From an uncultured bacterium (lineage in GTDB: Bacteria; Bacillota_I; Bacilli_A; RFN20; CAG-826), in assembly GCA_949299195.1 (NCBI GenBank), contig CASFZN010000017.1:3714-67713 (forward strand): 64,000 nt of DNA. The letters are read 5' to 3'. Below the pieces are notes generated by a model that was given only the letters and a program-made list of their open reading frames with translations, was not told the DNA's origin and made no database searches. The translations under genes were made by a program, and so were the position numbers. This document shows, one piece after another, positions 40,636 to 49,897 of this stretch. Numbering within the stretch: the stretch's first letter is position 1; each line of letters starts with the position of its first letter.

Positions 40636-41665
40636 TTTTTGCTCTTAATTGGCCACAAGCGGCATCTATATCAGTTCCAAATTCCTTTCTAATTGTAGCA
40701 GTTACACCACATTTTGTCAGTGTATCGAGAAAATCGTGAACATTTTTATCATCGCTTCTTTGATAAACTAATTCTTTAATAGGGTTATATGGAATTAAAT
40801 TAACATAAGCTAAAGTGCCTTTAATTAAAGCGGCTAATTCTTTAGCGTTTTCTTTAGAATCGTTAATTCCTTTCAATAAAATATATTCAAAAGTTACCCT
40901 TCTTCCTGCTGTTTTTTCATAATATTTAACAGCATCCATAAGTTCTTCCATATTGTATTTTAAAGATATAGCCATTAATTTATTACGAATTTTATCGTTA
41001 GGAGCATGAAGTGAAATTGCTAAATTAATTTGTAAGCCTTCATTAGCATATTTTCTAATTCCTTCAGTTAATCCGCATGTCGAAACCGTAATATGTCTAG
41101 CTCCGATTGCAAACCCATATGGATGATTTAAGATTCTTACAAAATCTAAGACATTATCATAATTATCAAAAGGTTCTCCAGTTCCCATAACAACAACATG
41201 AGTAACTCTTTTGTTTTCACCTTCTTCTTTTAATAATTGATCTAAAACTAAGACTTCTCCAATCATTTCACCGGTCGTTAAGTCTCTTTTTTTCTTTAAA
41301 AATCCGCTAGCACAGAAACTACATCCCATATTGCAGCCAACTTGAGAAGAAACACAGGCAACATTTCCATAGTTATAACGCATTAAAACCGTTTCAACTA
41401 AGGATTCATCTTCCATTTTTAATAATAATTTTATAGTTCCATCACTGCTAACTTGTTTTTTAAAAATAGTAGGAATAAAAAGTTTAAAATCACGAGTTAA
41501 AATTTCTCTAAAAGCTAAGGAAATGTCGCTCATTTCATCAAAATTTGTAACTCTTTTTTCATAGATCCACTTAAAAAGTTGAGTAGCACGATACTTCTTT
41601 TGAAAATAATTAGTCATTAAAAGTTCTTCTAGTTTTTCTATTTTAAAATCGTAAAGATTATACAT
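40616..41665 (-). CDS. rlmN: Dual-specificity RNA methyltransferase RlmN
   Basis: CVSSQVGCNMGCSFCAS, MGTGEP, ISLHAPN, DIDAACGQL. Confidence 0.97.
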   Translation of the reverse strand: MYNLYDFKIEKLEELLMTNYFQKKYRATQLFKWIYEKRVTNFDEMSDISLAFREILTRDFKLFIPTIFKKQVSSDGTIKLLLKMEDESLVETVLMRYNYGNVACVSSQVGCNMGCSFCASGFLKKKRDLTTGEMIGEVLVLDQLLKEEGENKRVTHVVVMGTGEPFDNYDNVLDFVRILNHPYGFAIGARHITVSTCGLTEGIRKYANEGLQINLAISLHAPNDKIRNKLMAISLKYNMEELMDAVKYYEKTAGRRVTFEYILLKGINDSKENAKELAALIKGTLAYVNLIPYNPIKELVYQRSDDKNVHDFLDTLTKCGVTATIRKEFGTDIDAACGQLRAKNEKEKV

Positions 41666-41667
41666 TT

Positions 41668-42909
41668 TTATTTAATTCTCCTAATGATTGCATAATAAAG
41701 AAGGGAGTTTTCTTCTTTATTTGGTAAATAAACTTTTTCTTCAATAAGTTCGAATTCTTCTTTATTTTGTTCAATAAATTCTTCGATTAAATATCTTGTT
41801 TCTTTTAAATTAATCGTAGGAACTAAATATAAAAGTTTGCCATCAACTTCTAAATATTTAGAAATATTTCTAATTCCCGATTTTAAATCGTTAATAATAA
41901 AATCGAGTTCTTCGATTTGGAAATAAACTCCATATTCCGGATTTCTTCTGAATAATTCAAAGTTTGATGAACGTGGAGAATAAAGAATAAAATCTTGTCT
42001 GACATTAAAAATATTTTCTAAATGATTTTCGCTAGCTTCATAAAAATGAGTATTTGAAAGTTTTAATCCCTTCAAATAATCAAACATTTTATAATTTCTT
42101 TCTAAAGTTGCACTGATAAAATTAAGTTCACAGTTTGTATCAGCAAATTTCTTTAAAAAGTCGTAAGCGATGGTGTTTTCTTCGCCTAAAAAACAGGTAA
42201 GTTTTCCAAGATTATATTCAAATTTAGATATCACTTCGTGATATCCAACTTGGGTTAAATAAATCTTTTTATCATGAAAATCATCTTCTTTTCTAATCGA
42301 GGTGTCTTTGGTATATAAATAAAGATCATCGGCCATCTTTTTAAAATCGTTTGAAGGAGCAAAACTCTTTAAGTAATAGGTAGAAACATATTGAGATGGC
42401 ATTGAAGACATTTCATAAATAATACGTAATCCATCGGTTTTTCCATATTGTCTTGAAAGCATTTTAATCAGCCATTTAGGTTTATTAAATCTTAAAGAAT
42501 AATATTCTAAACTACCGTTTTTAACATCAAAGAATCTAAAGGTTCTTTTAACAGAAATTACATTTTTAATAAATGAAATTTCATCTCTAGAAATTTGATA
42601 TTTCCTTTGAATAATAAAGGTTAAAAAGTCATTAAACATCTTATTTTGATCAACTCTTTTTAAGAAAGCATTATTAACATAAAGTAATCCTAAAAAGATA
42701 AATTCATCACTTTTTTCAGGGAAGTTTAAGAATTTAGCAAGATGTTCGATTAAAAAGTAGTTTCTAAAAAATAAGCCACAGATACTTGAAACTTCTAAGG
42801 ATTCATAGCGAGTTAATTCAACAGTTTCTTTTTTTAAGCCATCCTTAAAATTATAAATACCATGAATTACATTTTTGATTATTTTTGTTGAAACTACGAA
42901 TAAATCCAT
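41668..42909 (-). CDS. RsmB/Sun-like protein, strongly diverged, catalytic cysteines absent
   Basis: rsmB position upstream of rlmN; 'PKWLI...YG', 'RRNPE', 'GKLLY..PT....ET' align with RsmB architecture. Confidence 0.65.
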   Translation of the reverse strand: MDLFVVSTKIIKNVIHGIYNFKDGLKKETVELTRYESLEVSSICGLFFRNYFLIEHLAKFLNFPEKSDEFIFLGLLYVNNAFLKRVDQNKMFNDFLTFIIQRKYQISRDEISFIKNVISVKRTFRFFDVKNGSLEYYSLRFNKPKWLIKMLSRQYGKTDGLRIIYEMSSMPSQYVSTYYLKSFAPSNDFKKMADDLYLYTKDTSIRKEDDFHDKKIYLTQVGYHEVISKFEYNLGKLTCFLGEENTIAYDFLKKFADTNCELNFISATLERNYKMFDYLKGLKLSNTHFYEASENHLENIFNVRQDFILYSPRSSNFELFRRNPEYGVYFQIEELDFIINDLKSGIRNISKYLEVDGKLLYLVPTINLKETRYLIEEFIEQNKEEFELIEEKVYLPNKEENSLLYYAIIRRIK

Positions 42910-42917
42910 GTTTTTTC

Positions 42918-43460
42918 CTATTTTTTACCTTTTAATTTATCTTCAAAATCTTCAAAAGCGTTGCCTAAAAAGATATCGTTTTCGTTTTCTAAATCTAAAT
43001 TATGATAGTGATGGTGTTCATGGTGATGAGTTTCTTCCACATCTTCACCTTCTTCTTCATAATCATATTCTTCATCATATTCATATTCATAATGACCATC
43101 TTCATTATTTTCGTCTTCTTTCATAAAGCGAGGATAATTTTCATTTAAAGTAAGATGGTAATTATCCATAGAATAATATGAAAATACACACTTAATGTTA
43201 ATTGATACATTCTTAAAATAGTGCTCTAAAAGAGTAAAAGCATCTTCTTCTAAAACACTTACCTTTTTAGGGGCAACAACTTCAATAAATATATTCCAAG
43301 TGTTTTGTTCAACTCCTTTATGGACGATTAAGCCTTCACTGCCATAAAAATCTATTTCATCCTCACTAATTTCATATAAAGAAGCTAGTTTGGAAGTTAA
43401 ATCTTCAGAAATATCTCTAAGTAAATATGGATCTAAACCAAAAACCTTAATAACTATCAT
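42918..43460 (-). CDS. Hypothetical protein: DUF1904/tautomerase-like N-terminus with acidic, His-rich tail
   Basis: MIVIKVFGLD...ISEDLTSKLA pattern; EYEYDEEYDYEEE and HHHEHHHYH. Confidence 0.65.
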   Translation of the reverse strand: MIVIKVFGLDPYLLRDISEDLTSKLASLYEISEDEIDFYGSEGLIVHKGVEQNTWNIFIEVVAPKKVSVLEEDAFTLLEHYFKNVSINIKCVFSYYSMDNYHLTLNENYPRFMKEDENNEDGHYEYEYDEEYDYEEEGEDVEETHHHEHHHYHNLDLENENDIFLGNAFEDFEDKLKGKK

Positions 43461-43573
43461 TTTTATTTTCCTTATTATTGACTCTAATTATATTACTCAA
43501 AAATAGTAGTAAAATCAAAAATAATCGCTACATTATATGAATATCTAAATTAATTATATTAATTTAAGAAAGA

Positions 43574-45739
43574 TTAATAGAAGTCAATATAGATTCTTAG
43601 TTCTTTATTTTTCATCACTTCATCAATAAATTCTTTTAAAATCTCTCTAGTTTCTTTTAAATTCTTTGTTTTTATAGCAATTTCATACGAAAAATAGTTT
43701 TTATATTTATTTTGTAAAAAAGATGAGGTAACTATATTATTTCCTAAAATTCTTTTTAAATAGGTAGTTATTGAATAAACTTCCTTTTTTAAAGATTCAA
43801 TATTTAATGAGCACACCTTCATAATATAAAGATTATAAAATGGAGGGTATTGATACTTATTTCTTAAAGATATTTCATAATTAAAAAATCCATTATAGTC
43901 GTTATTTATCGCATAATTTATGATTTTATTATTAACTAATGATGTTTGAATATAAGCTTCTCCATCGATAAATCTTCCGCTTCTTCCAATTGTTTGAACA
44001 AGTAAAGAAAAAGCGTTTTCGTGTGCCTTAAAGGTAGGAATATTAATTAATGAATCGGCATCAATAATTCCTACTAAAGATACATCTTTAAAGTCGTGCC
44101 CTTTGGCAACAATTTGAGTACCAATTAAAACTTTAATTTCTTTATTGTTAAACTTTTTTAAAATTGTTTGAATTTCGTTTAAAGTAGGAGTGTCATCACT
44201 ATTTAAAACTCCAAAAGGTATATTTTTAAATAATTTTTTAAACTCTTCGACAACTCTTTCTATCCCAATCCCTGATAATTTAAAGCTTTTTGAATCACAA
44301 ATTGGACATTTATTAATAAATTTAATTTTATAATCGCAATGATGACACCTTAAAGAATCATCATCACGATGATAGATTAAAGGTAAATTGCAGTTAAGAC
44401 ATTTATAAACATAACCACATTCATTACAAATAACGCTTCTCGCATATCCTCTTTTGTTTACAAGTAATATTATTTGCCTGCTGTTTTTAAGATTTTCTGC
44501 GATTTTTTGAATTAAAGTTTTAGAAAAAATTGAAGAGTATATCATTTCTTCTTTATCTTTTATATCAATAATTTCAACACTATTTTTAGCTTCTGAATAA
44601 TATTTTTGATGAAGTTCTTCTAAGTCGTACTGTTTATTTAAAGCTTTAGCCATACTTTCAATTGATGGGGTGGCGCTTCCAAAAATAACTTTAAGGTTTT
44701 CGATTGAACTTCTTAAAATCGCTACATCTTTTGCTGAATAAGTAAAATCAAAATCTTGTTTATAAGATTCGTCATGTTCTTCGTCGATAATAATATATTT
44801 TAAATTTTTTAAAGGGGCAAAAATTGCACTTCTAGTACCAATTACAATTCTTGCAATTCCTTGAGAAATTTTACGATATTCATCATATCTTTCTGATGGT
44901 TTAAGAGATGAATGTAAAACCGCAATTTCTTCATCAAAATAAGAAATAATTCTTGAAATCATTAAAGGAGTTAAAGCAACTTCTGGAACTAAAATTAATG
45001 CACTTCCGCCATTTAATAAAGCTTCTTCAATTAACTTGATATAAATTTCAGTTTTGCCACTCCCAGTAACACCTTTTAAAAGAATTAACTTATTATTAGA
45101 TATCAAAATATTTTTAAAAACTTTATTTTGTTCGCTAGATAGCTCAATTTTTTTAGAATATTCAAAGCTTTTCTCAATTTTATAGCGATATTTTTCTTTT
45201 CTTATTAACTTAATAACATTTTTACCAACCAAAGCATCTAAAGTTTTAGATTTATAAATTAAGTTTTTGCCTACTATTTTTGTTAAATTATCGAACTTTT
45301 TTAAGATTTTCTCTTCGTTTTTATTAATAGGAATATATTTTATATTGATTAATTCATAAAAATAGTCGTATGCAATTTTAGGCTTATTTAAAGATGAAGA
45401 CTCTCCTCTTAAAGAAGGCGGAAGCATCGTATTTAGTATCGAAATTAAAGGAACAAAATATCTTTCTTTTAAAATATATGCAAGATTAATTAAATTATCG
45501 TTTAAAATTGGTTTTTCATCGATAATATCCGTAATTTCCTTGATTTTGAAACCGAGTTCTTTTTCTTCTTTTTCAATATCAAAAACTTCATTTACATCAA
45601 GCACAAAGCCTACTAAATATTGTTTATGAAAATTAATTGAAACTCTACTTCCTTTATAAACGAAGTCTTTAGAAAAATAATAGAACGTTTGATCTATTGA
45701 ATATACTTTATGTTCAGTTAATACACTTAATAAATACAT
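43574..45739 (-). CDS. priA: Primosomal protein N'
   Basis: GVTGSGKTE, LVPEVALTP, GTRSAIF, DEEHD, GSATPS, four CxxC, GTQIVAKGHDF. Confidence 0.96.
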   Translation of the reverse strand: MYLLSVLTEHKVYSIDQTFYYFSKDFVYKGSRVSINFHKQYLVGFVLDVNEVFDIEKEEKELGFKIKEITDIIDEKPILNDNLINLAYILKERYFVPLISILNTMLPPSLRGESSSLNKPKIAYDYFYELINIKYIPINKNEEKILKKFDNLTKIVGKNLIYKSKTLDALVGKNVIKLIRKEKYRYKIEKSFEYSKKIELSSEQNKVFKNILISNNKLILLKGVTGSGKTEIYIKLIEEALLNGGSALILVPEVALTPLMISRIISYFDEEIAVLHSSLKPSERYDEYRKISQGIARIVIGTRSAIFAPLKNLKYIIIDEEHDESYKQDFDFTYSAKDVAILRSSIENLKVIFGSATPSIESMAKALNKQYDLEELHQKYYSEAKNSVEIIDIKDKEEMIYSSIFSKTLIQKIAENLKNSRQIILLVNKRGYARSVICNECGYVYKCLNCNLPLIYHRDDDSLRCHHCDYKIKFINKCPICDSKSFKLSGIGIERVVEEFKKLFKNIPFGVLNSDDTPTLNEIQTILKKFNNKEIKVLIGTQIVAKGHDFKDVSLVGIIDADSLINIPTFKAHENAFSLLVQTIGRSGRFIDGEAYIQTSLVNNKIINYAINNDYNGFFNYEISLRNKYQYPPFYNLYIMKVCSLNIESLKKEVYSITTYLKRILGNNIVTSSFLQNKYKNYFSYEIAIKTKNLKETREILKEFIDEVMKNKELRIYIDFY

Positions 45740-46314
45740 TAACTTAATTTTAATTTATTTTTAATGATTTGTTTAATAGCGGTTGCGCACTTTTTAGGAT
45801 CGTCGTTATCAACTACATAATCATATAAAGGAGCTAATTTTAATTCTTCTCTAGCTTTATTGAGTCTAGAGAAAATACTTTCTTCATTTTCGGATTTTCT
45901 GCCTCTAATTCTTCTTTCAAGTTCACTTAAAGAACTACAAGTAATAAAAATTGAGATTTCATCATCCTCATTAAGCTTAGAAATAATTTGTCTAGCACCT
46001 TGAGTTTCAATCTCAACAATAACATTTTTGCCTTCGTTACGGAGGTTTTCAACATAATCTTTTAATGTTCCATAACAATTGCCGCAGAATTCTGCGTGTT
46101 CTAAGAAGGCGTTATTTGATAATCTTTTTTCGAATTCTTCATGGCTTATGAAAAAATAATCTCTTCCATCAACTTCACCAGCGCGAGGTGAACGAGTTGT
46201 ACAAGAGACTGAGAAGGCAAGTTTTAAAGAAGGTTCATCCATTAAGAACGACCTGACCGTACCTTTTCCTACGCCGCTAGGGCCACTTATAATAATCAAA
46301 AGTCCTTTTTTCAT
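45739..46314 (-). CDS. gmk: Guanylate kinase
   Basis: SGPSGVGKGT, TTRSPRAGEVDGRDYFF, YGT. Confidence 0.97.
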   Translation of the reverse strand: MKKGLLIIISGPSGVGKGTVRSFLMDEPSLKLAFSVSCTTRSPRAGEVDGRDYFFISHEEFEKRLSNNAFLEHAEFCGNCYGTLKDYVENLRNEGKNVIVEIETQGARQIISKLNEDDEISIFITCSSLSELERRIRGRKSENEESIFSRLNKAREELKLAPLYDYVVDNDDPKKCATAIKQIIKNKLKLS

Positions 46315-46463
46315 AGGTTTATAGTATATTATATAAATTAATTTGGCGTTTCAATAAAAATTAAGATACTTACTTGAATTTTTAATAAATTGTTAATATT
46401 TTCATAACGATTTTCATTTAAAAATATAGATTATTTAGTCTCTTAAAATTTATAATAATACAC

Positions 46464-47852
46464 GTGAATAAAATTGAATTTTTAAAAGATAGAGTTTATT
46501 TAATTAACGAATCCTTAAAAGGAGCGTATGTTAACAAGATTATTGAAGTTACTTCGAGTGATTTTGAGTTCATTTTTTCGCGTTCTCAATCACCTTCTAT
46601 AATAATTTCGCTTAATTCTTCTTCTCCTTTTATTAAATTAACTAAAGAAAAGTATAAATCCACTCTATCATCATTATTTTTTACTCAACTAAAAAACAAA
46701 TTAATAAATTCCTGTTTTATTGAAGCTTCTTTATATAATGAAGACTCAATTATAGATTTAAAATTTATTAGAACCACAGATACTTACGATAAAATCGAAT
46801 ATCATCTACTTTTTGAAGTCTTTAAAGGCAACACTAATCTTATATTATTAAAAGAAGATAAGATTGATTTAGCTTTTAGATATCATAGTTTAGAAACTTC
46901 ACATCCTTTGATTTTAAATACCATATATTTACCACCTAAAAAGATTGAAATATATAAAGAAATTGATAAAGAAAAGGAAGAATCAAAAGAAAATACTTAT
47001 TTAGATAACTTAAAAACTAAATATTTGACCGAAAAATATAACTCTTTAATCCATCAGCTTAAGAGAAAAAGAAAATCTTTAGAAAATAAAAAAGAAATCT
47101 TAGAAAACGAGATTAAAAAAGCTGAAGAAAACCTTAAATATAAAGAATATGGTGATTATTATCTAACGATAATGGATGAGATTAAAAAAGGGGATACTTC
47201 TTTTACTTATGAAGGAGTTACTATTCCATTAAAAGCTAATTATTCCGTTACCGATAACCTTACTTATTTATATAAAATTTATAAAAAGGCAAAAAATACG
47301 ATCTCTTTAACAAGTAATTTTTTAAATGAAACCATAAATGATCTTTCTTATATTGATTCAATTTTGGCATTGAAAGAAATTTATACTGAAGAAGACTATG
47401 AAATTTTAATTTCTGAACTCAAAAAGAAAAACATTATTAAGATAAAGATGAGATCTAAAGAAAAAGAAATCAAAGCTTCTTTACCATACTATTTTGAATA
47501 TAAAAACGTAAAAATTGGATATGGTAAAAATTCTTTGCAAAATAACGAACTCACCTTCAAAATTGCTAGAAAAACCAATACTTATCTACATATTGCATCA
47601 ACTCATGGATCTCATGTTGTTGTTTTTGATGAACTTGAGAAGATGGATGATGAAGTTTTAGAAGTTGCATTAGAGCTTGTTTTATATCTTTCTAAAAAAG
47701 ATGACGGAGAAGTTTTTGTATCTCCTATTAAAAACGTTAAAAAAGGTAGTTTTTTAGGCGAAACAAACCTTTTAAAATACGAAACATATTACTATAAAGA
47801 TAAAAAATATAATATAAGCCAACTTATTAAGGACTCAAAAAGATTCCAATAG
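46464..47852 (+). CDS. NFACT family protein (RqcH/FbpA-like), diverged and shortened
   Basis: NFACT-N-like N-terminus, coiled coil, YKKAK, GKNSLQNNELT, H...THGSHV; GTG start. Confidence 0.8.
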   Translation: MNKIEFLKDRVYLINESLKGAYVNKIIEVTSSDFEFIFSRSQSPSIIISLNSSSPFIKLTKEKYKSTLSSLFFTQLKNKLINSCFIEASLYNEDSIIDLKFIRTTDTYDKIEYHLLFEVFKGNTNLILLKEDKIDLAFRYHSLETSHPLILNTIYLPPKKIEIYKEIDKEKEESKENTYLDNLKTKYLTEKYNSLIHQLKRKRKSLENKKEILENEIKKAEENLKYKEYGDYYLTIMDEIKKGDTSFTYEGVTIPLKANYSVTDNLTYLYKIYKKAKNTISLTSNFLNETINDLSYIDSILALKEIYTEEDYEILISELKKKNIIKIKMRSKEKEIKASLPYYFEYKNVKIGYGKNSLQNNELTFKIARKTNTYLHIASTHGSHVVVFDELEKMDDEVLEVALELVLYLSKKDDGEVFVSPIKNVKKGSFLGETNLLKYETYYYKDKKYNISQLIKDSKRFQ

Positions 47853-47969
47853 TTTCCACGTGGAAACTTATAAAAGCGATAAATATCGTTTCTATCAATA
47901 AAAATTATGGCTAATTTCTAGCCATATTTTTTAATGCTTACTTTAATGCTTACTAAGAAATAAAGTAAG
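47851..47969. repeat. Composite palindromic element, copy 4
   Basis: AGTTTCCACGTGGAAACT (47851-47868) overlapping the rqcH stop; ATGCTTACTAAGAAATAAAGTAAG (47946-47969). Confidence 0.78.
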
Positions 47970-47971
47970 TT

Positions 47972-48478
47972 TTAAAATATAAAATCTTCACCTTTAATTG
48001 TTTCAACAGTAGCAAGATCAAAGAAATTTCCTTGTCTTAAAGCTTCATATAATACAATCGCTACACAGTTGGATAAGTTTAAACTTCTTGAAGATAGGGT
48101 CATAGGAATTCTTATACATTTATCTAAATGTTCTTTTAAAACTTCTTTAGGAATCCCGGTTGATTCTCTACCAAACATAAAAGAATAGTTTTTAGTAACA
48201 TTGCTATAATCACAAGATGAATATATTTTTTTAGCATATCTAGTTACATAATAGATGTTTTCATCCTTATAAAGTTTTAAAAAATCCTCATAATTATCGT
48301 ATATTTCAATATCAGTAATCGAAATATAATCCATCCCTGCTCTTTTCAAAGCCTTATCATCAAGAGTAAAACTTAAAGGACCTATAATTACTAATTTTGC
48401 ATTGATTGCGCTACATGTTCTAATGATATTTCCTACATTAGAAGGTTTCTCTGGTTGATATAAAATTACCTTATACAT
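47972..48478 (-). CDS. trmL: tRNA (cytidine/uridine-2'-O)-methyltransferase (SPOUT)
   Basis: LYQPE.P.N.GNI.RTC, KRAGMDY, FGRESTGIP, RIPM..RSLNLSN, YEALRQ. Confidence 0.94.
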   Translation of the reverse strand: MYKVILYQPEKPSNVGNIIRTCSAINAKLVIIGPLSFTLDDKALKRAGMDYISITDIEIYDNYEDFLKLYKDENIYYVTRYAKKIYSSCDYSNVTKNYSFMFGRESTGIPKEVLKEHLDKCIRIPMTLSSRSLNLSNCVAIVLYEALRQGNFFDLATVETIKGEDFIF

Positions 48479-48529
48479 ACAAGAATAATATTATCATTAA
48501 ACCCCAACTTTTTGTATAATAAATAGGGT

Positions 48530-49357
48530 ATGCAAGTAAACGTAAAAGAGTTATTTAAGGAAATTACAAAAAAAGAAATCCGTAGTTCTAACTATTTAGA
48601 AGGTGGAATCACTAATGATAACTACCTTTTTAACGATTCCTATGTTTTAAGAGTTCCTAAACCTTTCCCAGAAAAGGCAGTTAATTATCTTCAAGAAAAG
48701 AATAACTATAAGGTTATTGAACCTTTAAAAATGAGCGAAAAACTCCTTTATTTAGATGAAGTTAATGGTTTTAAAATCACTAAATTTATCCATAATACTC
48801 ATTATTATGGAGTTATCGATAATGATGTTATAACTCAAGTTGCTAAACTTTTAAAAAGACTCCATGGGGCAAATATTAAAGTTCCTTATGGCTATCAAGC
48901 ATTTAAAAGATTAGAAAATTATAAAGAAAACATCTCTCCAAAATATTATTTAAAACCTGAATATGAAGAAAAAGTCATTAAAGACGTTAGAAAAGTATAC
49001 GCAAAAGATGAATTTTGTTTATGTCATAACGATTTAGTTAAAGGCAATTTATTATTCACTTTTAATACTGCTTTTATAATTGATTGGGAAAATGGAGGAA
49101 TGAATAATCCTACCTTTGATTTAGCATCTTTTATAAGCGAAAATAACTTATCTTATGACCAAAAAATCGCTTTTTTAAAGAAATATTATGGCTATAAATA
49201 TAGTGAATTAAAATTAAAAAGAGTCGATATCTTCATCGCTTTTTTAGATGTCTTATTCTATTATTGGGCAATGAGTTATTTTAAAGACCGTAAAGAAGAA
49301 ATCTATTTAAGAATCGCTCAAGAAAAGTTAGAAAGAATAAAAATGAACTTTAATTAG
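48530..49357 (+). CDS. Choline/ethanolamine kinase-like phosphotransferase (APH fold)
   Basis: GGITNDNY, VLRVP, CHNDL..GN, IDWE, FDLA. Confidence 0.85.
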   Translation: MQVNVKELFKEITKKEIRSSNYLEGGITNDNYLFNDSYVLRVPKPFPEKAVNYLQEKNNYKVIEPLKMSEKLLYLDEVNGFKITKFIHNTHYYGVIDNDVITQVAKLLKRLHGANIKVPYGYQAFKRLENYKENISPKYYLKPEYEEKVIKDVRKVYAKDEFCLCHNDLVKGNLLFTFNTAFIIDWENGGMNNPTFDLASFISENNLSYDQKIAFLKKYYGYKYSELKLKRVDIFIAFLDVLFYYWAMSYFKDRKEEIYLRIAQEKLERIKMNFN

Positions 49358-49358
49358 A

Positions 49359-49889
49359 TTAAAGTTCATTTTCTTTATAATTATCTATTGATTCTAAAAT
49401 AATTCTTTCAGCTTCATCTTGATCTGAAATTCCTATAATTTCAGTTTCTTTACCTTCTAAAAATTTATAAACAGAGAAGAAATGTTCAATTTCATCAACT
49501 AAGTGTATTGGTAATTCTTCAAAAGATTCGAAGTTTTTATAAAACGGATCATTAGTAGCAACTGCTAAAATCTTAAAATCTTCCTTTCCGCCATCAAGCA
49601 TTTTAATCACTCCTAACGCTTTACACATAACAAATGAAAAAGGAATAATCTCTTCACTACATATAACAAGTACATCAAGAGCATCACCATCTTCACAAAG
49701 AGTTAAAGGAATATATCCATAATTATGAGGATAGTGAGTTGAAGTATATAAGATTCTATCAAGTCTTAATAATCCAGTTTGTTTATCGATTTCATATTTA
49801 TTCTTACTACCTTTAGAAATCTCAATAACAACTGGGAATAATTTCTCAGTAAACTTAAAGTTTTTAAATCTTCTATCTGTTGGATTCAT
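49359..49889 (-). CDS. ppa: Family I inorganic pyrophosphatase
   Basis: KYE.DK, LDR.LY, YP.NYG, DGDALDVL, HFFSVYK.LE. Confidence 0.94.
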   Translation of the reverse strand: MNPTDRRFKNFKFTEKLFPVVIEISKGSKNKYEIDKQTGLLRLDRILYTSTHYPHNYGYIPLTLCEDGDALDVLVICSEEIIPFSFVMCKALGVIKMLDGGKEDFKILAVATNDPFYKNFESFEELPIHLVDEIEHFFSVYKFLEGKETEIIGISDQDEAERIILESIDNYKENEL

Positions 49890-49897
49890 ATCAATAA

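Noticed and set aside
40896..40902. AGG->Met reassignment known from some uncultured Bacilli
   Set aside because: AGG encodes conserved Arg in RlmN (RRVTFEY), Gmk (GTVR) and YtpR (GREL)
46458..46470. CACGTG at the rqcH start as another parS-like copy
   Set aside because: Only the 6-bp core matches; flanks are not palindromic
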